Positions 44,034 to 52,646 of a stretch of DNA of 64,000 nt are shown here, in pieces; within the stretch, counting starts at the first letter, position 1; each line of letters begins with the position of its first letter. The notes beneath the pieces were generated by a model that was not told the DNA's origin, ran no database searches, and saw only the letters and a program-made list of their open reading frames with translations. The position numbers and the translations under genes are program-made. The DNA is from an uncultured Candidatus Actinomarina sp. (lineage in GTDB: Bacteria; Actinomycetota; Acidimicrobiia; Actinomarinales; Actinomarinaceae). The stretch spans positions 607 through 64,606 of the forward strand of contig CACKFQ010000003.1 of the NCBI GenBank assembly GCA_902599555.1. The letters run 5' to 3'.

Positions 44034-44720
44034 TTATATGTTTATATCGACACTAATTGATGGACCCATAGTTGAAGACATATGTACAGTTTTTATGAAT
44101 TCGCCTTTAGATGATGAAGGTTTAGCTTTTGTTAAAACAGCAATAACCTCGTCTAAATTTTCAGCTAACTTAGCTTCATCAAAAGAGACTTTTCCGATAG
44201 ACAAATGTACATTGCCTAATTTGTCATTCTTAATTTCAACTTTTCCTTTTTTAAAGTCCTCAACTGCCTTTGCAACATTAGGAGTTACTGTACCAGTCTT
44301 TGGATTGGGCATTAACCCTTGTGGTCCTAAAATTTTACCTAACTGACCAACCTCAGCCATCATTTCAGGTGTAGAAATAACTATATCTGCATCTAGTTTT
44401 TGTTCGGATGCAACTTTAGTAGCAAGCTCTTTACCACCTACAATTTCTGCTCCAGCTGATTCAGCTTCTGTTAAGGCTTCTCCACCAGCAAATACAGCAA
44501 TTCGAACATCCTTACCAGTTCCATTTGGTAATGAGACTGTTGTTCTTATGTTCTGTTCAGCATCTTTTGGATCTATACCTAAAGAGAATGCAACATCTAC
44601 TGACTCATCAAAGTTTGCAGGAGCATTATTTTTACACAAACTTATTGCTTCTGATTTTGACTGCTTTTCAGCTGGGATAGCTTCTTTAGCTGATTTGTAT
44701 TTTTTTCCTATTTTTTTCAT
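44034..44720 (-). CDS. rplA: 50S ribosomal protein L1
   Basis: 228 aa with ...FDE.VD....LGIDP...DQ..R....LP.GTGK. Confidence 0.97.
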   Translation of the reverse strand: MKKIGKKYKSAKEAIPAEKQSKSEAISLCKNNAPANFDESVDVAFSLGIDPKDAEQNIRTTVSLPNGTGKDVRIAVFAGGEALTEAESAGAEIVGGKELATKVASEQKLDADIVISTPEMMAEVGQLGKILGPQGLMPNPKTGTVTPNVAKAVEDFKKGKVEIKNDKLGNVHLSIGKVSFDEAKLAENLDEVIAVLTKAKPSSSKGEFIKTVHMSSTMGPSISVDINI

Positions 44721-44769
44721 TTTTCCTCCTTTGGTTCAAACGACTTTTAGTCTCCCAAAAATAAGTTTT

Positions 44770-45195
44770 CTAGTTTTCTACAGTTACTCCCATAGACCTT
44801 GCTGTTCCAGCAATGATAGAAATAGCTGCATCTATATCATTAGCATTTAAGTCTTCCATTTTTGCTTCAGCAATATTTTTAAGCTGGTCTCTTGTGATTG
44901 AAGCTACTTTTTCTTTATGTGGCTCTGGAGATCCAGAGGTTATGCCTATAGCTTTTTTAATTAAATATGAAGCGGGAGCTGTTTTTGTAACAAATGTAAA
45001 AGAGTTATCTTCATATATTGTAATTTCAACAGGAACAGTTTCACCTTGCCTGCTAGCAGTATCATTGTTAAATGCCTGGACAAAGTCCATAATGTTAACT
45101 CCGTACTGACCCAAAGCAGAACCAACTGGAGGTGCTGGAGTAGCGCCGCCACCTGGAATTTGAAGTTTTAATAATGCTTTAACTGGTTTTGCCAT
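44770..45195 (-). CDS. rplK: 50S ribosomal protein L11
   Basis: 141 aa with ...L.IPGG.A.PAPPVG.ALGQ.GVNIM.F. Confidence 0.98.
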   Translation of the reverse strand: MAKPVKALLKLQIPGGGATPAPPVGSALGQYGVNIMDFVQAFNNDTASRQGETVPVEITIYEDNSFTFVTKTAPASYLIKKAIGITSGSPEPHKEKVASITRDQLKNIAEAKMEDLNANDIDAAISIIAGTARSMGVTVEN

Positions 45196-45204
45196 ATCTT
45201 TTCC

Positions 45205-45834
45205 TTAATTTTTAACTATATCTGTGAAACCCAGTTCAACAGGAGTTTCTCGTCCAAATATATTAACTAAAACTGTAACTTTTGATTGATCTAAATTAAT
45301 TTCTTCAATGATGCCATTGAAATCAGCGAAAGGTCCAGTAGTTACTCTTACAGTTTCTCCAACTTCAAAATCTGGTTTAAATTTAGGTGATTCTTTCTTT
45401 ACTTCTTCAACTTCATTAGAACCTAATATTCTCTCAATTTCTCTCCTTGAGAGAGCTATTGGTCTTTTGCCAGATCCAACAAAACCGATTATTGAAGGGG
45501 TATTTCTAATTTCATACCAAGTTGTATCATCCAAGTCCATTCTGACCAGGACATATCCAGGAAAAGTTTTCTTTTCTAAATTTACTTTTTTTCCGTTCCT
45601 TATTTCCACCACTTCATCTGTAGGAATAACAACGTCGTAAACCTTGTCTTCTAAATGAAGGTTTTTTATTCTAGTTAAAATGTTTGTTTTTACTTTTTTT
45701 TCATGTCCGGATTGAGCGTTAAGCACGAACCATTCACCAGGCATATCATATGGATGTGTTGGAACTGAAGCCTCTTCAGTTTCAGCTTCTTCAGTAGACT
45801 GGTCCTCTTCAGTTGTAGCTGTATCTTCTAACAT
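45205..45834 (-). CDS. nusG: transcription termination/antitermination factor NusG (acidic N-terminal extension)
   Basis: 209 aa with NGN domain W.V......GHE.KV and a C-terminal KOW (G..V.V..GPFA.F.G.I). Its ATG directly abuts the secE stop. Confidence 0.96.
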   Translation of the reverse strand: MLEDTATTEEDQSTEEAETEEASVPTHPYDMPGEWFVLNAQSGHEKKVKTNILTRIKNLHLEDKVYDVVIPTDEVVEIRNGKKVNLEKKTFPGYVLVRMDLDDTTWYEIRNTPSIIGFVGSGKRPIALSRREIERILGSNEVEEVKKESPKFKPDFEVGETVRVTTGPFADFNGIIEEINLDQSKVTVLVNIFGRETPVELGFTDIVKN

Positions 45835-46137
45835 TTATTCTCCGAAAGATAATAGGTTAATCAATGTATTTTTAAAACTAAAGTCCATTCCAAAAATAAA
45901 AAAAGTAAAGAAAGCGATAGTTACAACAGTGACAATAGTAAATGAAGATAATGTCGAATAACTTGGCCAATTAACTCTTTTTAGCTCAGTCCTAACTTCT
46001 CCTAAATAATTTGTAATTCTTCTAAATCTTGAAACTTTTTCGCCTGATTGATGCCTACCAATATTTCTATCAGCCTTTTTTGCTAAACGCTCTTCACGTT
46101 CAGACATCCTTCTCATTTCTCTGTTCATTTCATTCAT
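45835..46137 (-). CDS. secE: preprotein translocase subunit SecE
   Basis: The track ORF (to 46173) would overlap tRNA-Trp, so I trimmed it to ATG 46137 (MNEMNREM...). It has the conserved ...YLGEVRTELKRVNWPS... followed by a single TM. Confidence 0.9.
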   Translation of the reverse strand: MNEMNREMRRMSEREERLAKKADRNIGRHQSGEKVSRFRRITNYLGEVRTELKRVNWPSYSTLSSFTIVTVVTIAFFTFFIFGMDFSFKNTLINLLSFGE

Positions 46138-46148
46138 AATTACCTCAG

Positions 46149-46222
46149 CAGGGGCGGTGAGACTCGAACTCACAACCTACGGTTTTGGAGACCGTCGCTC
46201 TGCCAATTAGAGCTACACCCCT
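46149..46222 (-). tRNA. trpT: tRNA-Trp (anticodon CCA)
   Basis: Hand-folded cloverleaf AGGGGTG-TA-GCTC-TAATTGGCA-GAGC-G-ACGGT-CTCCAAA-ACCGT-AGGTT-GTGAG-TTCGAGT-CTCAC-CGCCCCT-G. No encoded 3' CCA. Confidence 0.95.
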
Positions 46223-46225
46223 CAG

Positions 46226-46600
46226 TTATTGCTCCTTCTCTAATTTGCTAGATGAGCGCTTGCGTCCAAATATTAAAAATATAATTGATAATATTCCGAG
46301 CAATGTCAATAATATTATTTTTGTGCTCTTACTTGTAGTTGTTTTTACTTTTTTATCTAATGATGACATTACCTTCGAAGCAAAGTCTGTTGGTACTTCA
46401 ACTTCTTTTTTGAATTCATTATCTAATTCCTTTTTAAAGGCTTTATATCTTTTTCCAGAGACTTGACATTTAATACACGAAGAGGCGTGTGCATTGTTAT
46501 CGAAACCAAAATATTGATTGCTAAGATAAGAAGACAACATATTATTTCTGGTTCTTTTACAAAGTATATTTGTTTTCAAGTTTGAAAAAATATCTTTCAT
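46226..46600 (-). CDS. membrane-anchored zinc-binding (ZAS) anti-sigma factor
   Basis: 124 aa. C14-x23-H38-x3-C42-x2-C45 (HASSCIKC) fits the ZAS pattern. A single C-terminal TM (IILLTLLGILSIIFLIFG) leaves only ~12 residues beyond it. An ATGA overlap joins it to the sigma gene. Confidence 0.8.
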   Translation of the reverse strand: MKDIFSNLKTNILCKRTRNNMLSSYLSNQYFGFDNNAHASSCIKCQVSGKRYKAFKKELDNEFKKEVEVPTDFASKVMSSLDKKVKTTTSKSTKIILLTLLGILSIIFLIFGRKRSSSKLEKEQ

Positions 46601-47181
46601 CTTTCTACTTCCTCTAATATCTGTCTTAATTTTTGATGAGCTCTATGCAATCTAACTTTTGCAGCTGTAACACTTATTCCAAGAAACTCAGCAATCTCTT
46701 TGTGTGATCTACCTTCAATGTTTTTCAACTCAACAATTATTCTCTGATCCATTGGAATCTTATCTAAAGCACTTACTAAGACAGAAGATAGATCTGAATT
46801 AATGGCAACTAGCTCTGGATCTTTTTTTTCGTCAATAACAATTGGCTCATAAGTTTCCTCAATATTAAGAGTGTTATGCTTCTTTGCTTTTTTTCTGAGA
46901 GTCCATGCTGTGTTAACGGTAATTCTATAAATCCAGGTACTAAATGTAGAATCTCCGCGAAACTTTTCAATTGCTTTCCATGCTCTAATAAATGACTCTT
47001 GTGCTACATCATTTGCCATTTCTCTGTTGCCGGTTAATTTGTAAGCTAATGAAAAGACTAAATCCTGATGCCTAACAACTAATTGTTCAAACGCAGATTT
47101 GTCACCAAACTGTGATTTTTTGACTAACTCTGAATTAGAGATGTCATCATTGTAGTTTTCTATATTAGAAACGTTTTTCAT
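46597..47181 (-). CDS. ECF (group 4) sigma-70 family sigma factor
   Basis: 194 aa with region 2 (...DVAQESFIRAWKAI..F......FSTWIYRI..N) and region 4 HTH (...SHKEIAEFLGISVTAAKVRLHRA). Confidence 0.92.
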   Translation of the reverse strand: MKNVSNIENYNDDISNSELVKKSQFGDKSAFEQLVVRHQDLVFSLAYKLTGNREMANDVAQESFIRAWKAIEKFRGDSTFSTWIYRITVNTAWTLRKKAKKHNTLNIEETYEPIVIDEKKDPELVAINSDLSSVLVSALDKIPMDQRIIVELKNIEGRSHKEIAEFLGISVTAAKVRLHRAHQKLRQILEEVER

Positions 47182-47218
47182 TATCTAATGTAAGAATAAT
47201 TATTAAAAATTGATAAAT

Positions 47219-47380
47219 CTACCTTTTTTCTCTGTGAAGAGTATGCTTTCGCAACCTAGGGCTATATTTCATTAGCTCTAGCCTATCTGGTGTGTTTGTT
47301 TTATTTTTGGTAGTCACATAATTGTGATCACCAGTTTCTGTACACACCAAAGTAATTGGTGGCCTTTTGTCAGACGCCAT
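47219..47380 (-). CDS. rpmG: 50S ribosomal protein L33 (C-minus form)
   Basis: Hand translation gives [53 protein letters not shown]. It is below the track cutoff. SD AAGGA lies upstream. The slot after tRNA-Tyr/Thr/Met matches mycobacterial order. Confidence 0.9.
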   Translation of the reverse strand: MASDKRPPITLVCTETGDHNYVTTKNKTNTPDRLELMKYSPRLRKHTLHREKR

Positions 47381-47401
47381 TTTTTTCCTTTCTTACTTTT
47401 G

Positions 47402-47475
47402 TAGCGGCGGGCAGACTTGAACTGCCGACCTCACGATTATGAGTCGTGCGCTCTTACCAACTGAGCTACGCCGCC
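47402..47475 (-). tRNA. metT: tRNA-Met (anticodon CAT; elongator type, Ile-lysidine identity not excluded)
   Basis: Cloverleaf GGCGGCG-TA-GCTC-AGTTGGTAA-GAGC-G-CACGA-CTCATAA-TCGTG-AGGTC-GGCAG-TTCAAGT-CTGCC-CGCCGCT-A. No encoded CCA. Confidence 0.9.
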
Positions 47476-47497
47476 TTAAGACTTAGTTTAGCCTCTG

Positions 47498-47570
47498 AGC
47501 CCTCTTCCGGGATTGAACCGGAGACCTCTTCCTTACCATGGAAGTGCTCTACCAACTGAGCTAAGAGGGC
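47498..47570 (-). tRNA. thrT: tRNA-Thr (anticodon GGT)
   Basis: Cloverleaf GCCCTCT-TA-GCTC-AGTTGGTA-GAGC-A-CTTCC-ATGGTAA-GGAAG-AGGTC-TCCGG-TTCAATC-CCGGA-AGAGGGC-T. No encoded CCA. Confidence 0.95.
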
Positions 47571-47575
47571 TTTAG

Positions 47576-47657
47576 TGCCGAGAGTAGGATTCGAACCTAC
47601 GAAGGCGTAGCCGGCAGATTTACAGTCTGCTCCCTTTGGCCGCTCGGGCATCTCGGC
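47576..47657 (-). tRNA. tyrT: tRNA-Tyr (anticodon GTA, long variable arm)
   Basis: 82 nt, GCCGAGA...GCAGA-CTGTAAA-TCTGC-CGGCTACGCCTTC-GTAGG-TTCGAAT-CCTAC-TCTCGGC-A. Confidence 0.93.
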
Positions 47658-47736
47658 ATAACAATAAAGTCTCTATAAAGTTTAGATTATAAATAAAAAT
47701 TAGTGAGATGAATTTTTAAATGATTAGGATATTTTT

Positions 47737-48714
47737 ATGGACAAAAAAATCCTCAACTTATTAAATAAGTGGAAAGAAAACAATTTAATAACAAGCTCTA
47801 CCTACCAAGAAATTGTAGAATTCGAGAGTAATTCAAGCCCAACACAAAAATCAAAAGTCGCAAAAGCAATAACCTTAATAGGAAGTCTTTTTTTACTATC
47901 CGGATTACTAGGAACTCTTCCTTTAATTTGGGATAATTTAACATACTGGGCGCAACTCCTTCTTCTAGTCGTAACTACAGTTTTTTTAATATATGCGGCA
48001 AATTACAGCGAAAAGTTTGAAGATAAAAATATTTTTATTTTTAAATCATCTGAGAGGGTGTCTTCTGTACTGTTTTTAATTTCAACAATTTCTTTTGGTT
48101 CAGTAATAGTATTTTCTTTAAATATAATTAATAACACCACAGGATTCTCATTGTCAGAAGATATCCAGATATTAATAGTTTCATTTATGGTATTAATTTA
48201 CTCTCTCTTTATGTATTTAAGAACTAAACAAATTTTTCAACATGTAGCACTGTTTTATTCCTCCATCTTTTTTCTTGGATCAGTTGGAAATATTATATTT
48301 CCTAATATTGAACCCTGGGCAGGTGGCTTATTCCTCATTGCAACAGGACTGATTTGGGGACTATACACTTTTAATAAAATTTTAGGCCCTAGTTGGCTTG
48401 GCTATTTATTAGCAACTTCTACTATTTCAATTGGTTCGATAATTTTGATTGAAAATTTATTTGGAAATAATAATCTACTTAAAATAATTTTATTAATTAT
48501 TGGTTCAGTAATTTTTGTGTGGGCAAGTATACAACTTTCAGAGCAGGTAATTTTCTACATAGGTGGCTTGGGATTAGTTATTAATCTACCAAGGTTAATA
48601 ACAGAGTTGCTTCCGGATAACATCTGGCCGCCACTTATACTTTTCTTAGTTGGTGGAGTACTTGTAGCTGTAGGTTTGTATTTAAATTCAATTAGAGAAA
48701 ATCTAAAAAATTAA
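47737..48714 (+). CDS. polytopic membrane protein with short soluble N-terminal domain (DUF2157-like; family uncertain)
   Basis: 325 aa. About 45 soluble residues are followed by roughly 8-9 hydrophobic segments. SD-like AGGA lies 7 nt upstream. Confidence 0.8.
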   Translation: MDKKILNLLNKWKENNLITSSTYQEIVEFESNSSPTQKSKVAKAITLIGSLFLLSGLLGTLPLIWDNLTYWAQLLLLVVTTVFLIYAANYSEKFEDKNIFIFKSSERVSSVLFLISTISFGSVIVFSLNIINNTTGFSLSEDIQILIVSFMVLIYSLFMYLRTKQIFQHVALFYSSIFFLGSVGNIIFPNIEPWAGGLFLIATGLIWGLYTFNKILGPSWLGYLLATSTISIGSIILIENLFGNNNLLKIILLIIGSVIFVWASIQLSEQVIFYIGGLGLVINLPRLITELLPDNIWPPLILFLVGGVLVAVGLYLNSIRENLKN

Positions 48715-49469
48715 TGACAAGTAGGTTATTGTTACTCGTTTCAATTTCAATACTTTTAGTTACTACTGTTGTTGTAGCTTTATTTGGAGTTGTCCCATTA
48801 CCTGAATATGAAACCTTTTCATCAGGTAATGGATTTAATGGAAAGTTAATTTATCATGTTGAGTTTCAATCGGAAAATATAATTCCTCCAGCACCTGACA
48901 TAATGGATTCTTGTATTTTTTTTATAGATTTATCTGAAAGCCCAGCGCAAGAGAAAGAAGTAGTTTGCAATAGTGATCTATACAACATCTCTTATGATAT
49001 AAGTTTTTATGATGCACAAATACATAATGATGACCAGATTCTGCTTTCATACTGGGACTATCAAGAAAGTAATGATCGTAAGGTTTTAATTGTTGATATC
49101 GAGTCAGGAATAATATCTGAAAGTAAGGATGTTGCTCACTTAAGCGAAAATAACAGAATGAATGTATACGGTGAGAAATTGATTGAGCCTTGGGAAACAA
49201 CTGATTACAATTCCCGGCTTATTGGTGTATATTATGTAAACAGAATTGACACTATTAAAGTCTACAATTCTAGAGCACCATCAAATTACTACTTTGAATC
49301 TCTACACTGGTCTCCTGATGGGGACAATATTGTTGCAGGAGACTCTGAAAATAATTTGATTATATTTTCTAAGAAAAAACTATTTAATCCAGTAAAAATA
49401 CCTTTGAGTTATGAAAAAGTTAATGACGAGAGGGTTGAATTAATAAATGTATTAGGTTGGACTAATTAG
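48714..49469 (+). CDS. signal-anchored exported protein with a PD40/TolB-like beta-propeller repeat motif
   Basis: 251 aa with an N-terminal TM (LLLLVSISILLVTTVVVALFGVV) and an LHWSPDGDNIVAG motif. TAATG coupling to the upstream ORF. Confidence 0.75.
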   Translation: MTSRLLLLVSISILLVTTVVVALFGVVPLPEYETFSSGNGFNGKLIYHVEFQSENIIPPAPDIMDSCIFFIDLSESPAQEKEVVCNSDLYNISYDISFYDAQIHNDDQILLSYWDYQESNDRKVLIVDIESGIISESKDVAHLSENNRMNVYGEKLIEPWETTDYNSRLIGVYYVNRIDTIKVYNSRAPSNYYFESLHWSPDGDNIVAGDSENNLIIFSKKKLFNPVKIPLSYEKVNDERVELINVLGWTN

Positions 49470-50422
49470 CTAAAATCATTCTTGGGCCTGACCCCAATTT
49501 CACTAATTACATGAGCTGCACTTCTATTAGCAATTTCAGCTGAATCTACTAAAGTTAGATTTTTTTGGAGTCCATACAAATAGCCACCAGCAAAGAAATC
49601 ACCCGCACCAGTTTTATCTACAACGTTAGCTTCCGTTGCATCAAAATGATAAGATCGTCCTTTTTCAATGATCAATACACCACTAGAACCAAGTGTGCAA
49701 ATTAGTTGTTCGACATTAGGAAATAAATTCAAAAAATTTTCAATGGATTCATCAATATTGTTAAGCTCAAAAAGAGAATTTAATTCATCTTCATTACAAA
49801 ATACGTAATCAATTTCACTTTTGATGAAATCTTTAAAACTTTCCCTGTGCATATCTACACAAAACACATCAGATAAGCTTATTGCATTCATTCCACCAGT
49901 TTCTTTGTTAAGTTTTGCAGCATAAAGAAACGCTTCCTTACTTGAAGGCTTGTCCCATAGGTATCCTTCCATATATAATATGTTTGCATCTTTTATTGAA
50001 TCTACGTTTAAATCATTTACTGAGAGGTATTCACCAGCCCCAAGATAGGTATTCATTGTTCTTTCTCCATCGGGAGTAATGAAAATAGCACATAACCCAG
50101 TCTGGTTGTCCTCTTCTTCAAAAACTGTAAAATCTTTTAATCCTGAGTCTTTTAAACTAGATTGGAATTGATTACCTAACTCATCATGTGAAATCTTTCC
50201 AATAAAACCTACTTCTCCACCTAGTTGAGATATCCAATAGGCAGTATTTGCTGCTGAACCACCAGCTTCATAAATTGGGTTCTCCATATTTTGAAGAAGA
50301 AAGTTGGAACGTTCCTTATCAACTAAAGTCATTCTTGCTTTGTTTAGACTTAGCTCATTGATCTTAGATTCTTCTATTTGAGTTAATGAATCTACTAGTG
50401 CGTTTCCAATACAAATTATCAC
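49466..50422 (-). CDS. PfkB-family carbohydrate/adenosine kinase
   Basis: 318 aa with the DKTGAGDFFAGG ATP/anion-hole motif and an N-terminal GNALVD motif. Confidence 0.88.
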   Translation of the reverse strand: MIICIGNALVDSLTQIEESKINELSLNKARMTLVDKERSNFLLQNMENPIYEAGGSAANTAYWISQLGGEVGFIGKISHDELGNQFQSSLKDSGLKDFTVFEEEDNQTGLCAIFITPDGERTMNTYLGAGEYLSVNDLNVDSIKDANILYMEGYLWDKPSSKEAFLYAAKLNKETGGMNAISLSDVFCVDMHRESFKDFIKSEIDYVFCNEDELNSLFELNNIDESIENFLNLFPNVEQLICTLGSSGVLIIEKGRSYHFDATEANVVDKTGAGDFFAGGYLYGLQKNLTLVDSAEIANRSAAHVISEIGVRPKNDFS

Positions 50423-50431
50423 AAAATGATT

Positions 50432-50782
50432 TTAAATGATTTGTCCAGGATTTCCTTCCAAATCAACTATTTCTTTTGTAAATTTTTGAAGCTCTTTCAT
50501 GCCTCCTGAAAGGTTGTAGGATTCAACATCTACAGAATTAACATAGTTTGTCACTCGACCTGACCTTGCTCCAGACCTACAAACAAAGATATATTTTTTA
50601 TCAACCATTAACTTGTCAATATTTTCAACAATACTTCCCATAGGAATGTGTGTGGCACTTTGGTAATGGCCTGCATCCCATTCATCATTTTCTCTTACAT
50701 CAATAAGTTGATACCCTTGTTGAATTAAATTTTCAAGATTTTCTGGCATTACAGAAGGAGTGTTGTTAATATCTAATACCAC
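50432..50782 (-). CDS. rhodanese-domain sulfurtransferase
   Basis: 116 aa, single rhodanese domain with active-site loop CRSGARS. Confidence 0.88.
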   Translation of the reverse strand: MVLDINNTPSVMPENLENLIQQGYQLIDVRENDEWDAGHYQSATHIPMGSIVENIDKLMVDKKYIFVCRSGARSGRVTNYVNSVDVESYNLSGGMKELQKFTKEIVDLEGNPGQII

Positions 50783-51602
50783 TCTGACGCTGCCTTAATC
50801 TTCTGACTCTTTCAACTGTAGGTGGATGTGTTGAGAATAATTTGCTTAAACTATTTCCAGAAAATGCTTTGAGTGGGTCAGAAATAAATAGCTGGCTTAC
50901 AGCTGGGTTGACATCCATTGGAACTTTTGCATACCTTTCAATTTTTTCTAAAGCAGATGCTAAAGCTAAAGGATTGCCAGAAATCTCTGCACCAGTTTTG
51001 TCCGCACCAAATTCCCTTGTTCTAGAAATTGCCATCCTGATAATTAATGAAGCTATTGGTGCCGCAATCATTGCTATAACAATTACTGCTGGATGAGTGT
51101 TTCTGTTTCTGTTACCACCACCCCAAAATACCATTCTGGACATAAAGGAAATAGCAGCAGCCAACATTGCTGCAATACTTGAAACTAAAATGTCTCTATT
51201 TTTAATATGTGCTAATTCATGTGCAAGGACTCCTTCTAATTCATCTCTATTCAAAAGTTTTAAGATACCAGTTGTTACTGCTACTTTTGCATTTTTTGGA
51301 TTTCTGCCAGTTGCAAAAGCATTTGGTTGATCACTATTAATTACATATAACTCAGGCATTGGCATTTTTTCTTTCTGTATAAGATGGGACATTATTTGGG
51401 TTACTTCTTCGTATTCTCCATCTTTTATTGGTTGAGCTCTTGTTGATTTAATAGCTAAATTACCAGAAAAAAAGTATATAAAAAAATTAAAAATTACAGC
51501 AAAAAAGAGTGCAGAGATTACATCAAAACCTAAAGCAGTTGCTGAAAATAAGACAACCAAAGTCATTAACGTTAGTAGTACTGTAGTTTTTACAAAATTC
51601 AT
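50766..51602 (-). CDS. htpX: M48 zinc metalloprotease HtpX
   Basis: 278 aa with N-terminal TMs, HELAHIKNRD (HExxH) and a distal EF.AD motif. Confidence 0.92.
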   Translation of the reverse strand: MNFVKTTVLLTLMTLVVLFSATALGFDVISALFFAVIFNFFIYFFSGNLAIKSTRAQPIKDGEYEEVTQIMSHLIQKEKMPMPELYVINSDQPNAFATGRNPKNAKVAVTTGILKLLNRDELEGVLAHELAHIKNRDILVSSIAAMLAAAISFMSRMVFWGGGNRNRNTHPAVIVIAMIAAPIASLIIRMAISRTREFGADKTGAEISGNPLALASALEKIERYAKVPMDVNPAVSQLFISDPLKAFSGNSLSKLFSTHPPTVERVRRLRQRQSGIRY

Positions 51603-51626
51603 GATTTAATTATAAAATTGTCATAA

Positions 51627-52643
51627 TTATATTTTTTTTGCTTCCAAACAATAAAAGCCGCCAAGTCCATTTGAGTCAATAAGGGCCTTAAGCCCGGACA
51701 GTTGACTATTAATTTTCAAATTTTCCATACCTTCAGATAGCAAAAGTTTTGTTTGCAAATTATCAAAATACTCATCAAAACCATTAGAGATTAAAAAATC
51801 TCTCTGTAGTGATAATCTTGATTCATAGCCAAGGGTTTTTAGTTTTTTTATCACAGCAGAAAAATTAATATCATAAGTAATATCTACATTTCCCGGTTCT
51901 AATATTGGATCCACAGAAAGGTGGTGGTCTTTATAAGTCCTAAGTAATGACCTATACTTTCTTTTACCTCTATCCATTTGTTCGTAACCATAATCAAAAA
52001 AAAGAATATTTTTTGGACTTAATTTACTGATTATTTTTTCTAAAAATATATCAATATTTGTTTGAATTTCCACGTCTATATTTTCATCAGCCTTTATACG
52101 GTTCCATTCAATCCACTCAACAGTCTTTTTTCTTGCATCAACAAAATCATATGAAAAGATTCCATCATTAAAACAAACTATTTTTTCCTGCCATTTTCCA
52201 TCTTTATATACTGCAATAGAACAAGGAATGTTGTCTAAAACTTCATTTCCAAAAACCAAATCACTATTTTTAAAAGTAAGTTCTTCAAGGTTTGAGGCAT
52301 TTTGGATATTTTTTTGACTCAACTCAGTTCTAGCTGTCGAAGATTTTTCAACAGCATATTTATTTTTAGTTTTAATATGTTCAATAAGTGATCCCGTTCC
52401 AGAACCAAATTCAGTAATATTTAAATCTAAATTGCTTTTTTGAATCCATTTATTAATAATTTTTCCAAAATACTCAGAAACTTCTGGAGAAGTAAGAAAA
52501 TCTCCACTTTTCTTTGATCTAACTTTTTTATTAGTAAAAAAACCATATTTTGAATAAAGAGCTTCCTCCATATATTCATCAAAAAATATTTTGTTGGTTT
52601 TATATTTTTTTAGAAGATAGTTATTAAATTCTTTGAATTCCAA
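51627..52643 (-). CDS. MidA/NDUFAF7-family (COG1565/DUF185) SAM-dependent methyltransferase
   Basis: 338 aa. SGDFLTSPEVSEYFGKII..W, EFGSGTGSL, GNEVLDNIP, FFDYGY and VDITYDINFS parallel the GDFITSPEISQIFGE, ELGPGRGTL, HEFFDVLP, DYG and DLTADVDFS blocks recalled for human NDUFAF7. The ATG follows the nuoN stop after a 3-nt gap. Confidence 0.85.
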   Translation of the reverse strand: MEFKEFNNYLLKKYKTNKIFFDEYMEEALYSKYGFFTNKKVRSKKSGDFLTSPEVSEYFGKIINKWIQKSNLDLNITEFGSGTGSLIEHIKTKNKYAVEKSSTARTELSQKNIQNASNLEELTFKNSDLVFGNEVLDNIPCSIAVYKDGKWQEKIVCFNDGIFSYDFVDARKKTVEWIEWNRIKADENIDVEIQTNIDIFLEKIISKLSPKNILFFDYGYEQMDRGKRKYRSLLRTYKDHHLSVDPILEPGNVDITYDINFSAVIKKLKTLGYESRLSLQRDFLISNGFDEYFDNLQTKLLLSEGMENLKINSQLSGLKALIDSNGLGGFYCLEAKKI

Positions 52644-52646
52644 GTT

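Noticed and set aside
44721-44769. Possible L1-binding autoregulatory site in the rplK-rplA spacer (GGGAGACUAAAAGUC)
   Set aside because: I cannot reconstruct the L1 recognition consensus reliably from memory, and no convincing helix is visible. Left unsupported.
46138-46173. N-terminal extension of the secE ORF (MSSSLTAPAEVI...)
   Set aside because: The extension overlaps the 3' part of tRNA-Trp (46149-46222). The internal ATG at 46137 gives a sensible SecE.
46185-46466. 93-aa plus-strand ORF overlapping tRNA-Trp and the anti-sigma gene
   Set aside because: It begins inside the tRNA-Trp gene on the opposite strand and is antisense to a motif-bearing (ZAS) gene, so it is spurious.
47466-47651. 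61-aa minus-strand ORF in the track
   Set aside because: It lies entirely across the tRNA-Met, tRNA-Thr and tRNA-Tyr genes. Its sequence is a read-through of structured tRNA DNA, not a protein.
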